A stretch of 64,000 bases of DNA from Raillietiella orientalis (GCA_036172245.1 JAYWIR010000044.1:930001-994000), one strand, 5' to 3'. Counted from the first letter of the stretch, positions 1 to 12,370 are shown. The notes: generated by a model from the letters alone, not told the origin. Program-made: numbers and translations.

Positions 1-705
1 ACGGAGCTGTGGGCCCCCGCAATGGTTTCCTTCCCTCCCTTCCTCGCCCGCGTTTCCCACCAAGAGGTCGCCGTCGGCACAACATCCTCCGGACACTTCG
101 CGCCTGAGAAACGGACCGTCGGGAAGACTCGGCGTTGAGAATCCCTGCACGTCTTTCGGCTGTATCAGCTCTTACCCTCCGTCGCCTGTTAATAGCCGCG
201 TTAGGGAAGAAGCCCTTGGTTTTCCCTTTTCTATCTGCCTTTTACGCTGCGGCGAAGTGGAGGGCACTGCGAACCGCACGCGGCCATATCTCACGCACAC
301 GCGGCGCGGCAGCGCGCGCACGTCCCCGGTAACCACACCGGAATGCCTCACTCGATCCCCAAGGACAGGGCACGGAAGAAACCGCAAAGCGAATCGCTTA
401 ACGAAGCCGCCCCAGCAGCCGGGAAGCAACCATTGACGGTCGCGCACCTGGCCACGAAAGCTCGAAATTAAACCGCAGGTTTCACTTTTTGCAGCTGGAT
501 CTTCTCCAGGTGCAGATTTCGTCCCGCCCTAGCAACAACACGTGGGTGCTTTCTTTCGTTCCTTTCCTCTCGCCCTGTCCCTTCGGTGCGCACGACTCGA
601 ACCCTCCACGTCGTCGAGTGGTGCGCAGCGAAGGAGCACGTCCCGCGCACACGTCACTCTGCTCGTGCGTGCGCGCGACCCGGACACGGTCGGCGTTGGG
701 TGGAC

Positions 706-1418
706 GGTGTGTTTCCGGGACCGGACACAGCATACGCACACGCACGCACACACGCGGGAAACCCGCGCGCGATGGAGACGGCGGTGATTCGCGCCAGACG
801 CGGGTGTGGCACGGTCTCGGAACACGGGCACGGATGGGGGCTGTTGCCACACAACCTCACCGTGAGATGCTGGGGGGCGGCGGCGACCCGTTGCCACACA
901 ACTCGCAGAGCGCGACCGTTCGCAACCGGCAGCGACCCATTTTCCCGGCGAGCGGCAGCGGCAGGCGGAGGGGGGACACACGCAACAATCGGCGCGGTGT
1001 TTGCCGTTGCCTTGGCAGCCTCCTCGGAAACCAAATGCGTCCACGTCCAGAGACATGCGTTTAGGCGACCCCGACAGTGGCTTTAGGCGGGCGGGTGTGT
1101 TTCTGGGACCGGACACAGCATACGCACACGCACGCACGCACACACGCGGGAAACCCGCGCGGGATGGAGACGGCGGTGATTCGCGCCAGACGCGGGTGTG
1201 GCACGGTCTCGGAACACGGGCACGGATGGGGGCTGTTGCCACACAACCTCACCGTGAGATGCTGGGGGGCGGCGGCGACCCGTTGCCACACAACTCGCAG
1301 AGCGCGACCGTTCGCAACCGGTAGCGACCCACTTTCCTGGGGAGCAGCAACGGCAGGCGGGAGGGGGGGGGGGCGGAAACGCAACAATCGGCGCGGTGTT
1401 TGCCGTTACCTTGACAGC
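706..1418. repeat. Tandem duplication of a ~315-325 bp GC-rich unit (copies ~706-1019 and ~1094-1418)
   Basis: Near-identical blocks starting GTGTGTTTC(C/T)GGGACCGGACACAGCATACGCACACG and ending CGCAACAATCGGCGCGGTGTTTGCCGTT; the same translated segments appear twice in the ORF track. Confidence 0.95.
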
Positions 1419-1505
1419 ACTGAAGGATCCTTGGCTTGCTGTAGTACCATGTCGGAAATGCACGATCAATCCTCACAAACTCGTCCTGAGTACTGCAGGA
1501 CAGGG

Positions 1506-1604
1506 AGCACATCGATGGATGCACAGGTGTATGGATTTCCGTGAAGGATAAGCTGCACAGAGCACATCCATGAATGCACAGGTGTATGGATTTCCGTGAA
1601 GGAT
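1506..1604. repeat. Two-copy direct repeat, ~55 bp period
   Basis: AGCACATC(G/C)ATG(G/A)ATGCACAGGTGTATGGATTTCCGTGAAGGATA occurs at ~1506 and ~1561. Confidence 0.9.
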
Positions 1605-2449
1605 AGATAGTAAGAACGTGGTGCGGGAAAACGGAGGACAGGGGAGGATGGTGATTTTGTTTGGATCCCGAGAAAGTGATCCGCTCTCCTCCCACCCAGC
1701 GACAAAGTATTTGGTGGATTTTGACCGCACTTGTTGCTCCAGTCGGGGTATGCAGTTGCGATCCAAGAAATTGAGTTATGCAGTCACCATGGCAAGTGCG
1801 GAGAAGTGCTGCCAGAACTGCTGATGAAGGTTGCATAAATTTTAACGGATCCGCATTTTTTTAATCTATTTATTTATTCGGCACTAGAGGAGCTTTCAAC
1901 CTCGGCTTTCTGTGCTGTTAGCTCCCTCACAACGTGACGATCGGCTCTTTTATGCGTGCGGAGCCGAGGCTTCTCTGACGAAACCCGAATTCCGCGTATC
2001 CCTGCAGGTGACTTTGGCCATTCGTGCCTCTGGGCGGAAGTGTTCCGGCAACGCGGAACTTTCCGATCGCGCTGCACTTCCTCATCCGGGGAGTACCGAT
2101 TTCGTCGGTGCGGGGATTCCTCCCGCCTCATCATCTTTGGGAAGTCGCAGGGACGGAAGGTGGGGGGAATTGGTGGCTCAGTGGAACGGTTCGGGAGGAA
2201 GAACTGCATGCGGCTGGGTCAGACAACAGACTGGCGTCGAAAAACGCAGGTACCGCAGGTGAGGGGAGAAAAAAAAAAGGAAGAAAGAAAAGGCAGAGAA
2301 TGAAAGATTTGTTGAAAACTTCTTCCTTCGTGACCTTCGAACAACTCTGAAGAGCCTTCCCTTTTACGGAGGATTTTTTATCTGATCCGCTGACGGATGT
2401 TTTTTTTTTTTTTTTTTTAAAAAAAAAAATGAATGATTTCGAGATTGGC

Positions 2450-5400
2450 CATGCGCGCGCGCATGCACGCCGCTGTCTGGCAAATGCATTGCAGTTTCTG
2501 CGTGGGGGAAGCTTCCCGCGCTTCCAGATTCCTCCCCTCGGAGAGCGGAAGCACCTCGCCGTCCTCATGGTGGAAGCTCTCTCTTCTTCACTACGGGAGA
2601 CCGGGATCCTTGGCTTGTCCGTCCTCCAGCAACGACTCCTGCTCCCTGCGCTCCGAGCAGCAGGTGCTACCTGCGAGGTGCCGTCCCCTCACGCACCGAC
2701 AGTTCTTTCGAAGGCGGGGAAAGTGGCGCAGTTCTCCCCCCCCCCTCCTCCCCGACGCGCGCGGTGACCTCGAGCCCTCACGGCGAGGTTACGCGCCCGC
2801 ACGACGGCGCTCCCAGCTCTCTGCCTCCAGCAGAGCAGCAGCGAGGGCCGTCGCCGTGACGACAGCCAGCCTCCAGCCATAGTCCACTCCGAATGCTGGG
2901 GCTCCCTACTCCGCTCCCCCTCGGCCTTGTCCGCGAACCTTGTCTTCTGTGCCAGATCGCGCGGGAGCTCCCCTGTGCCCCGGACCTAAGGCACAGGCAG
3001 GCCGCGCGCGGGTCTGTCACGTGCCTTCTAAGCAACTCTGACTCTTTGCCTGCAGGCATTTATCCTCTTCTCCATCGCGGCATCTCCATCGCCTTGGAGC
3101 GTCTTCCGCTGGTTTTGGTCTTTGCCACTTGGGACAGCCCGGCGAGGACGCTGGGATCTCGAGAGCAGATGGGGTCCTCCCGTTCGCGGAGCGCGCTCGC
3201 GCCGTCGCTACGACGCTGGCTCATTCTGTCACGAGAGGGACCCAGAAGCGATGCTTGATTGAGTGGAGGGAGCTGGGAGGAGGAAAGGGAGAGATTGAAC
3301 TCCTGGAGACCTCCCGGGACCTCGCGCACGCATGGTCTCGTAGAGAAGCTGAGAGGAAGGGCACAGGCACCGCCACTACCTCTGCAGCTTCTGTCACTGG
3401 TAACTGGGATGATAGCTGGTGCTGCTGTTCCTGCTAATGCTGGCACTGCTGCTGGCAACCGTGATGATGTCTTTTTCATGCCAGGTGCAGGAAAAAGGCG
3501 GCAGCAAGCACATTCTGCGCTGGAGCGCCGCCACAAAGGAGACGGCGACGACGACACGTGGCGTTGGCTCTGGTGAGCTGAGGAGCATCAGGAAAGCCTC
3601 GATCAGCAGGCGCCGGATACCCCGTTACCTGGAGACGGGGGAGGTTCTCGGGATGAGCTCTGTGTGACGACTACCCCTAACCCTCTGACCCCATCGTTGC
3701 TCATCGAAAGCTCGCTTCCAATCTCCGGGCCGACCCGGCTGGGGCTCGGAGGGACACGCGGACACGGACCACCTTCTCAGGGGTGGCGGGAGAAACGGAG
3801 CAGAACTATGAGTCGAAGAAGGGCGGATTTAAGAGTCGCAGGGCTGGTGTTACGGGGATTTGCCAAGGGAAGCGACCACTGCCTCGTCCATGAACCGCGA
3901 AACCTTGACGACGAACCTGCCCAGGAATTGGGAGTTTGTTGCACCCCGCCCTATCTCCTTGGAGATTGAGCTCTCCTGGTCACGAGAGGTCGAGGTCGAG
4001 GCTGCTCGCCCTTTCCCTCCTCCCTTGCGAGGCCACTCCCTCCCACTTCTGCTTCGTGAAGAGGTGAACGCAGCGTTCCAGCCGAAGCTTCGGGAAAAGG
4101 CTACGGGAGAGCTCGCCGAAGAGATCAGCCCAGGGGCAGCGGAGGAGGCTCAGATTCCCGCTCCTCGTCTTCTTCTTCCTTTCCTCCTGTCGAAGAACAG
4201 GACCGATCCTTCGCTCGTGGAAAAACATCGCTTGATTCCGGGAGTGCGGTGCGTTACTATGTGGCCCGCCTCAGTGATCCGCGGCACGGCGATTTCGGGA
4301 TGGTTTCCCGGAGGCAGGGCGGGAAGCGTCGTTCGTGGGTTTTTTCAGGAGTCATAACCGGAGAGCGTCCCCAACCCCTGGGCCTCTAAGACACCATCGC
4401 GTCAAGATTGTTTGAGAGGAGCGTCGTAGCGTCGCCTTCCAAGGCGTTCGGGAGGACTTGGTGTCTCGAAACATCGCTTTATGGAGCACCGCGGTCAGAA
4501 ACTTCGGTTGCACTTTCCGATCGTCTGTTTCGCACGTGCAACTTCGTGCGGTGCTCAAGCGTTCCTCGGCCTTGAGTGGGCTTCGAGGAGATTTCGGATG
4601 ACAGTCCTAAACCGATAAGGAATCCCGCGGCGAGGAATAGGAACTTTCAGTGGTTTTCCTGTTATTCTAGCATTAGTCATCAGGGTTCTGATGACTGATT
4701 CTAGAATAGTACTTGCTGAGGATCTACACGGTGCTCAGTTTGCTGAACTATCTTCGGTCCCCAAATATGGTCAACTTTCCTTGTGGCAGTGCCGTAACCT
4801 TATGTGTGTTTCATCCTTGTCAAAGGGAATGCTACGCTCTCCTTTTCTACGACACATGAATAGTGCTTATACCAGAATCACTGAAAGGCACATTAATAGA
4901 GAGAATAGGGGACTAATAGCATATGAGCAAACTTTGAGATGCTCTCTTTTTGTTTGTCAAAATAAAATTCCAGCTGAATCGCTCGGAGAGAAGTGACCGA
5001 ACAGGTCTCAAGCCCATTGCATATTCAAGTGGTGCTCAAATTTAAGTCCGTGAATTGTGTTTTGAAGTTGTACCAAGTGTACCAGACTGGCAGCTGCATC
5101 TTTGAACATCTTCACGTTACCTTCTCGTTTACTTCAAGCACCCCTGCCTTTCTGTTCCTTCACTACAGCTGTATTGGTCATTTATCGAGTTTTGTGCAAG
5201 CTTTCCCTGTGATTCTGATCAGTAGTGCCGCAACACTTTCATCATTACGCATAACCGCATTTCCATTTAAACCGGTCCGTTTGCATTACTAGGCTGGTCA
5301 TTATTTTGTCTAACGGAGCATTCTGCTGAATTGCAACTACGAGATGTGTTTGCTTATGATTTTCCTCTGGCCTTTGTTTTCTTTCCAGGTTTTTCACGCG

Positions 5401-6330
5401 GATTTGCCAAGGCATTTGTTATAAAAAATAATAAATATACGTTTTCAGTAAAGCACTTGGCTCTGTCACGCACACACAAAAAAAAAGGTTGCTTTCCACT
5501 GGCCAGTTGGGGTCCGATGCGAGGACACGGGGGGATGGGGAAAGACACAACGAAAACAAACAAAAAAAGATGTAAAGGTAATACTCCGAACTTCCTGAAC
5601 GTAGTTCATACATCGATATGGCATCTCCCAACTTTTCTGTCCCTCACAAATGTTTGCTTTCAAGATTTAAAATGTTTGTTAGAGCTTGGAGGTTTTTCTG
5701 GACGATGAAAGGTGCACAACGATAAGGAAGGAAGACGAAGATTTGAAAGGGCCTTGTATGTTTGGCCCCATTTCTGTCGAATGAAACACCGGCGCGTGTA
5801 GGATTTTCCATTTTCAGGACGCATCCAGTTTAATTCCATGTTACGTGTGTGATTTCACTCCGATTTCCCCGACCTTGCCCTGGGCACTCGGCTGCTGCAC
5901 GGGACAAAAAGGACTTGCCCGCTGAGTTCCCGCGTCGAAGCCTTTCCTTGACTTCAATCCCAGATTTGAATGGGAACGAAAGATTCGTTGCAGAGTGATG
6001 AGGAATATGATTCCCCCTGTCCACTCGAGCTCTTTGCCTTCGTTCAGGGATCTGCCAGCAAACAGCTCATCTTTTGTTGCTGCGGTGCACACTGACTGTG
6101 CCCGCTGGGAAAACGACCTGGAATGGGATGGGTGAGCTGCTGGAAGAAAAAAAAAAAAAAATGCTTGGGTGGACCAAATCCGCAAAGCACGCCGTTCCCA
6201 TGATTCTAACCACCGGGAAAAAATCCAAAATCCTTGAGTCAAATGGGGACACGTGCAGCCGTCATGACTCTTTCAAAACGAAATTCAAGATGCTTCCTGG
6301 TATTGCTTTTGCAAGCTCATAATCAGGTGT
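2450..6330 (+). mobile_element. Highly decayed Ty3/Gypsy LTR-retrotransposon internal region (gag-PR-RT-RNaseH-IN relic)
   Basis: Degenerate motifs in Gypsy order across shifting frames: zinc-knuckle-like segment ~3470-3530, protease-like LRVAGLVLRGFAKGSD ~3830, RT segments SHVQLRAVLKR ~4530 and ISHQG..TDSRIV ~4675, RNase H-like LKPIAYSS ~5005, integrase-like LYVWPH ~5755 and PISPTLPW ~5860. Many stops and frameshifts; boundaries approximate. Confidence 0.5.
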
Positions 6331-6496
6331 TGTTTACAAATGACCACCAGCGGGAACGTGCCCTTGGTGTGGTGTGTAAACAAGTGAATACTAATGAAGG
6401 TTTTTTTTTTTTTTTTGGCTTCCCCTTCATGTGGCAGTTTCAGCGAATCTTGATCTAAGCGTTAAACAAATGCTTGCGTATCTGAAGGTGGATTTT

Positions 6497-6530
6497 TTTC
6501 TCTTCCTCTCTCTCTCTCTCCCTCTCTCTC
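6497..6530. repeat. (CT)n microsatellite
   Basis: tctcttcctctctctctctctccctctctctc run. Confidence 0.85.
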
Positions 6531-7320
6531 TGTGTAATGTACTTGAATTTTGTGACTGCAATGCATTTTAAAGTTGTTTTTGAAAAGGGTCGCGTTTCTG
6601 GAAAACCCTCGTACAAGTTATCTTAGCCGAAATGCAATTTGTTACAATAAAGTAAAAACCCATCCACGTGCCATGTCGTTGTAAATTTCGAAAGTTCTCC
6701 ACATCCAGGTCCTTCAAATCAGTTATCTCCCAGTTAGTGACACGTTTAACGACGCGCACTGCTTGATTTTCGCCTGTAAATAAAGATTGCCTATGTTCCT
6801 GATGTGTAGTAATTTGTGGGTTGCTTAAGATCCCAATGAGGAAAAGTCACAATAACCGTTACCATGCCCCATGAACGAGTTAAAGCAGTTTGGGGGTCAG
6901 TTAATTTGCGGTTTTCAAAAGTAAAGTTGTTATGTGCATATCCCAGAATTTTGAAGTGTTGGAGAGAAACGCAGCAAACCGAAATTAGCATTCTTAAGAA
7001 TGGTGGAATGCACTGAATTATGTAACAATTTCCAATTTTGTTTGATTTGTATGATCTAATTAGACTTTCTGCCTTCATGACTTTCTGTTTAATGATTCAT
7101 TAGTAATAAAATTCCATCAAGGAATGCTTGCAAACTGAAACAATTAAAAACATAATTTTCCAGATCTTCTACTTTGTAAAACTCATGAATTGTAAAATTA
7201 GAAGACTGTTGCGAATTCCTTGTCCTCTGTGATGCTTGTGAAATCTGTTTGCTCCAACAGTGTTCAGCATCAGAAATTCTCAGTTTCAATTCACAGTGCA
7301 CATTCCCTCATGAAAAATCC

Positions 7321-8250
7321 ATGGAGACTTCTGATTTCAAAGGTGTAAAAGTATTGCTTGCCGGTGTTTTATGGATAGGAGCTCTGGTGTTTGGCTGTGC
7401 ACCCATTTGTGTAATGCATTTCTTGAAAGCTCACTCAAGGGGAAGACAGAGATGTCGCCAGCATGTTGGTTTGATAAGTTGTCTGACTGGTGGTGTGTTT
7501 CTTGGAACTGGCATGCTACACTTATTTCCTGAAGTGCGAGAAAATGTAGAGGAGGCCAAAACTTCATTACACTTCACCACCAGTTATCCACTGGCTGAAT
7601 TTGCCATGCTGTATGGCTTTCTGGTAGTGCTTTGCATAGAACAGGTGGTCCTTGCATTCAAACAACACCCCAACCTTCCCCATAACAGTGATCAACACTG
7701 GGATTGTTCATCTGAAGCATCAGAAGAGACCCCATTAAGGCACAATGCAGGAGACAATGCCATCACTGAACATCAAAGTCACAATCCGGTCCCATCTGAA
7801 AACGTCTTGAGGACAGTGCTGCTTGTAGGTGCTTTATCTATGCATGCTTTGCTAGAAGGAGTAGCTGTTGGCATGGAATTATCTTTAGAAACTCTATTAG
7901 CTACATTTGTAGCTGTGGCACTACATAAGGCTGTGCTTGCTCTCAGCCTGGGTCTTAACCTTTGTGAAGCAGGATTCAAACTGCAGGCTGCAATGTGGTC
8001 CCTTATGATGTTTTCACTCATGTGTCCTTTAGGCATTATCATTGCTTTGTTTATTGAGGAGAAGCACCAGACACCTACCAGCATTGTGATTAAGTGTGCT
8101 CTGCAGGGAGCTGCATGTGGCACATTTTTGTTTGTTATTTTTTTTGAAGTGCTGCCCCGTGAATTACACGGGGGCCATCGACGCTTACCCCGTCTGCTAC
8201 TCTTTTTGCTGGGTTATTCAACTATATGCGCACTTTTGCTACTTGGCTAA
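7321..8250 (+). CDS. ZIP (SLC39A1/2/3-like) zinc transporter, single coding exon, 309 aa
   Basis: Starts METSDF at 7321; GGVFLGTGMLHLFPE, YPLAEF, His-containing loop, ALSMHALLEGVAVG and VALHKAVLALSLG metal-site helices, GTFLFVIFFEVLPREL are hallmarks of ZIP subfamily II. Confidence 0.95.
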   Translation: METSDFKGVKVLLAGVLWIGALVFGCAPICVMHFLKAHSRGRQRCRQHVGLISCLTGGVFLGTGMLHLFPEVRENVEEAKTSLHFTTSYPLAEFAMLYGFLVVLCIEQVVLAFKQHPNLPHNSDQHWDCSSEASEETPLRHNAGDNAITEHQSHNPVPSENVLRTVLLVGALSMHALLEGVAVGMELSLETLLATFVAVALHKAVLALSLGLNLCEAGFKLQAAMWSLMMFSLMCPLGIIIALFIEEKHQTPTSIVIKCALQGAACGTFLFVIFFEVLPRELHGGHRRLPRLLLFLLGYSTICALLLLG

Positions 8251-8287
8251 TGACAATATATTTTCATTTTTTATTGAACACTGCATA

Positions 8288-10256
8288 TTAACTGAGCTGT
8301 GGCTGCTGACCACCTGAGCCACTTAGCAGCCGCTCCACAGCTGCATTTATATCACCAAAAGTGGCAACCAGAGCCTGCAGGTTAGCTTCCCGATTAGCAA
8401 ATCCCATGGCAGCCAACTGTTCCAGCTGGGTACGATAGCGTTCTTCTGGTGGCTGCGCTGATTCAGTGTTGGTACTCATCAAGCGGGTCAGTAGTGATAC
8501 CAAGTCAGTAGGTGGTGTTTCTGATGGAGCAACTGGTGTTTGGGCAGCTGGAATTCCCATACTGCTGGCTAACTGAGGGACAGATAGTTGAAGTTGCTGC
8601 AACCCCTCTTGAATGTGTAGGATAGCCTGAAGGGCTGCTGGATTGGACAGGATAGCTTGGAACTCAGGACTGCGTATACGTTCTGCCAGTTGGGGCAACT
8701 GAGCCACTAGCTGGGGATTGTTAGCAAATGCTGGATTCGATTCCAGCATTGTCCGTAGAAGTTCCGTGTCATTTGATAGGGAGCCCAGAAGTGCCTGTGC
8801 TTCTGGCATTGCCAGGAAGTTCTGCATCAGCTGGGGATTGCTTGCCACCTGCTGTAGCATGTTTGGTGTCCCCAGAGCACCAAATAAGCCAGTGGAGGAA
8901 TGAAGAGGAAGTGTGCCAGACCCAGGTTCCTGGATTGCACCTTCAGTACTACGAGGTGCCCATGGATTTGGAAGTGGTTGTGTGTTTTCAACACCCATCT
9001 GAGCAGATGGGTTTTGTCCTGCTGGGGGATTTCCCGAAAGAGCCGCGAATGGATTTCCACCAAATTGCTCCTGGGCAGCATTAAGCAGTGGTTCCTGAAC
9101 ATCAGAGTATAGTCTGCGCAATGCACTATACCCTCCAGGAAGGGATTCCAAATTGGATAGGGCACGGTCTTGAGTGCGCATCATTTCTTGGAGAGCAGCT
9201 GGGTTGCGAGCTAATTCCAGTGTCTGACGCAAGACTTCTGGATTATTGAGCATATGGCTGATCTCAGGATTGCGCTGCAAAGGCAATCAGATTTACTGCA
9301 TGAATGACAGATACCTCCATAAGAGCCTGCATCTGGGGATTGGAAAGAAGCATGTTACGAATGCATTCTGGATTGCTCATTAGATTGCGAGTCATTGGGC
9401 TGTCTAGGATTTGCTGCACCAACTGTGGATTGGCTAAGATTTCTTGGCGCATACGCTGTTGCAATTCAAATAAATTCAGTTCAGGAGTTCCTATTCCAGC
9501 AAATGGATCCACTACTGGTGTTGGGCCTATATACGCATAGCAAATTAAGAAAAAACTCATCTACAATATAACCTGGAGATGGAGTTGTGGTTGCTGTAGG
9601 GGTATTATTTGCAGTAACTGGTGCAGAAGAAGGTGATTTAATAACCAAATGTATTGTCATGCCATCTTTTATTCCAAGCTGATTCAAAGTATCTTTGTCT
9701 TTTAAAATTTTTCCAGCAAAAATTAAACACAGTTGTGTTTTTGAAACATTATAATCTCGGCTTATTTCCTCCTTAAACTGAAAAAATCACTGACTGATGA
9801 GTTATAATAATTACAAATGGCTAATAAAAAAGATATACTCTTAATGATACACCATGTACACAATACTTATAGAGATTGTGTCATTCGCCAACACACCACA
9901 GGGAAACATTTTTTTTTATATAAAAACAAATTTGTAGGGTCTGGATGGTTACATTTGTAAGGAACACTTCAAAGGTATTAAACTGGCCATTACCGTACAC
10001 AAAATGACTACTAAATGAAAACAACTTTTATGAAAAGGCAAAGTTCCGTCTTAGTAGGCTGCTAAAATTACATTGCTCAACATCTTGAGGAGGAAACGAA
10101 TACTATCAACACTTGAAAATTTACATAAGACGAAATAGATATTACCTCTTCGATTGTTATCTCCGGCCTAGTTTTGAAATTTTTCTTCTCCTTTGGAGTT
10201 TTCACAGAAATATTAATATAAGTTGAATCACTGTTATTTTCACTCTTTCCAGCCAT
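8288..10256 (-). CDS. UBQLN: Ubiquilin (UBL-STI1-UBA), 4 exons: 10256-10146, 9777-9573, 9526-9315, 9274-8288; 504 aa
   Basis: UBL domain ([39 protein letters not shown]), STI1 repeats ([17 protein letters not shown]), UBA domain ([35 protein letters not shown]); all introns GT-AG with consistent phases. Confidence 0.96.
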
Positions 10257-10426
10257 GATTTTGCCAGCGAAATTAATAATTACCAGTCGTGATTACGTCT
10301 GCAAACAAAATTTTGTTCTCCCTTACATGAGACCACACGTTTTCACGACGATTTCTCAGTATTGTAGTGTGGCACATCAATTCTTAATTATTAAAAAATT
10401 TTGCATATGTAATCTAAAGGAACTTT

Positions 10427-10455
10427 TATCGATTCTGATTAATATTTTATCGATA
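10427..10455. promoter_or_regulatory. DRE element(s) (TATCGATA) upstream of ubiquilin
   Basis: Perfect TATCGATA at 10448-10455 and a one-mismatch TATCGATT at 10427-10434, ~170-200 bp from the ubiquilin ATG; DRE/DREF is a known arthropod housekeeping promoter motif. Confidence 0.55.
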
Positions 10456-11474
10456 CTGAGTTGCATCGTTGTGAGCCCAAGTTTCAAGAAAATTCAAAAT
10501 AAGTCCTTCCTTATGTTTTTAAGATGATTTGAAGTAACAGAATCACTCAAATTGCCAATCAGGAACGTTATTTCAAAAACACTAGCAACAATAAACTCCC
10601 CTGTCATAGATTTTTGATACAAATTTATTATTTTCTAAAGTTTATATACCATAGAAACAACTTTTTGTCAACAACAACAGTTTTATTAAGTAATCAGACG
10701 AAACACTCAGCTTCAATTTTTAATGAGCTCCTATTTTGCATTTTCCAATTAGCTACCAACTCTTGATAACCTTAGCAAACTTAAGGAGGAACTAGCATTG
10801 AATAAATTTGAGAATTCGCTTTATTATTGCAAATCAATACTGTATTTACATTCACATGAAAATTGAAAGTTATATTTTATTGGCATGTGATTATGCACCT
10901 TTGCAATCAAATTTCAGGTCTCACTCATTGACCACGTTCTTTGCAATACTATATTTTTTCCTGATTCTGTTCTTTGAATTTAAACACATGTGGCAGCTAA
11001 AGTCCTCTCTAATTCAATACCTATACTTTTAGTGAATAGTCAAGCAATGTACCATTGCATCCTTGGGTACCTTAACATCCTTGTCCCCAAATTTACTGAT
11101 TGTGTGTTTGCTACTGCTCCAGAAACGAAATGCTTTGCGAGACTACCACTGATGTGATCAGTCTTCTCCTTTCCGTTGTTTAGATCAGTCATGTAGATTG
11201 TTTACAGTGCATAACATGATAGCTTTCAACCGTAACCGGCTCCAAGAGACATTGACGATATCATTGAACTGAAGCAACTTGCTAAACGTTCGGTTGTCCA
11301 GGGAGTGATTCAAAGCAAATACTTCCAGTGAAAGCCCGAGGTTCCAAATCCAAGAGTGTCCATGAATTGATGGATGTGATGCCTACCTAGCACTCCCTGA
11401 GTCGCACATGCTCTACCATTAAACCACGCTCTGTGATCTCACTGCTTCCCTTTCTCATCAAGGTGAAAGCTTGT

Positions 11475-12370
11475 TTACACAGAATGTTCTCGCTTCCTTA
11501 TGGCTTCCATTAATCTTCGAAAAACATTGCAGATTACTTGGTTCCAAGATGCTAATAGAATCGCCACTTTCTTGGAATTTTGTGCTCGTACTTGAGCTAA
11601 TTCCTAACATTAATTTTCAATTGAAAAATTGGAATTTCAACGAAGACTGAAGCTGTGGAAGCAAGTTAGTGTCGACTCCTTAACAGTCCAAATGAAGATC
11701 AGTCAAAGAGGTCAAATTAAATCAATTAACTTTGCAGAGAATCATGACTATTTATTGTTCCCATTCCATTCTATGTGAAAACATTGGCATTGTCGGATTT
11801 AATTGCGAAACATTAGATGAGTTTTATTTTTTAGAATGCAATGAGCTCATCGTACGTTACTGTACGATAAAACACATTGCTTTCCTCCGTAATCATGTTG
11901 CACATCATCATCGTGTTTATAGTTTTGCAACTGCAAAATATGATTTGGAGCTGGATGTCGTTCCATTGTGTGCAGAGTTTCTTTATCTCCTAGAGAGCTC
12001 TGTGTTTTTCTCCTCCAACCTAACAAAATCCTGTGAACTTCCGTATCCACGTTTGTAGTTGCGTGCATTCTCTCACGACCACGTCCTTCATGGATTAATC
12101 GTGTAGGAAATTTTTATGAATTTGCAATGCACAAAGCAATACACAGGGAAAACGATGAGGCCTTTGTGTTAGGAAGGAATCTGGTTTCGGAATAAGTTGC
12201 GTTCGAAATTCAGTCGTAAGACTTTCTGAACAAACTCCTCATTTGTCCTTTGGACATAGCACTTATACAGTTACTCTTCTTGGAATTTGCATTTCATCAT
12301 CCTACATTTCGAGACAGCATGCTTCGGGACAAATTAACTCGATTTTTTTTTTCACCTTGAAGTCAGCCAT
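11475..12370 (-). CDS. Possible small multi-exon orphan gene (exon chain not resolved)
   Basis: ATG-ADFK followed by a GT donor at 12370-12356, an AG..GT-bounded open exon ~12019-11857 (WRRKTQSS..VLSYSN) and a terminal exon 11603-11475 (ELAQVRAQNSKKVAILLASWNQVICNVFRRLMEAIRKREHSV*). Phases of the middle exons could not be reconciled. Confidence 0.25.

Noticed and set aside
135..1544. Numerous 100-240 aa ORFs over the tandem duplication
   Set aside because: Overlapping Arg/Ala/Gly-rich frames on both strands, as expected from GC-rich repeat DNA; no recognisable domain.
1506..1604. CRISPR-like repeat-spacer appearance
   Set aside because: Only two copies with a ~10-bp spacer, no cas genes, eukaryotic context.
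1930..2080. Minus-strand peptide QSHLQGYAEFG resembling CRESS-DNA virus Rep motif II
   Set aside because: No motif I, motif III or Walker A nearby and the frame is closed by stops on both sides; likely chance.
11395..11440. tRNA-like A-box (TGGTTTAATGGTAGAGC, minus strand)
   Set aside because: No B-box or cloverleaf; at most a degraded SINE head.
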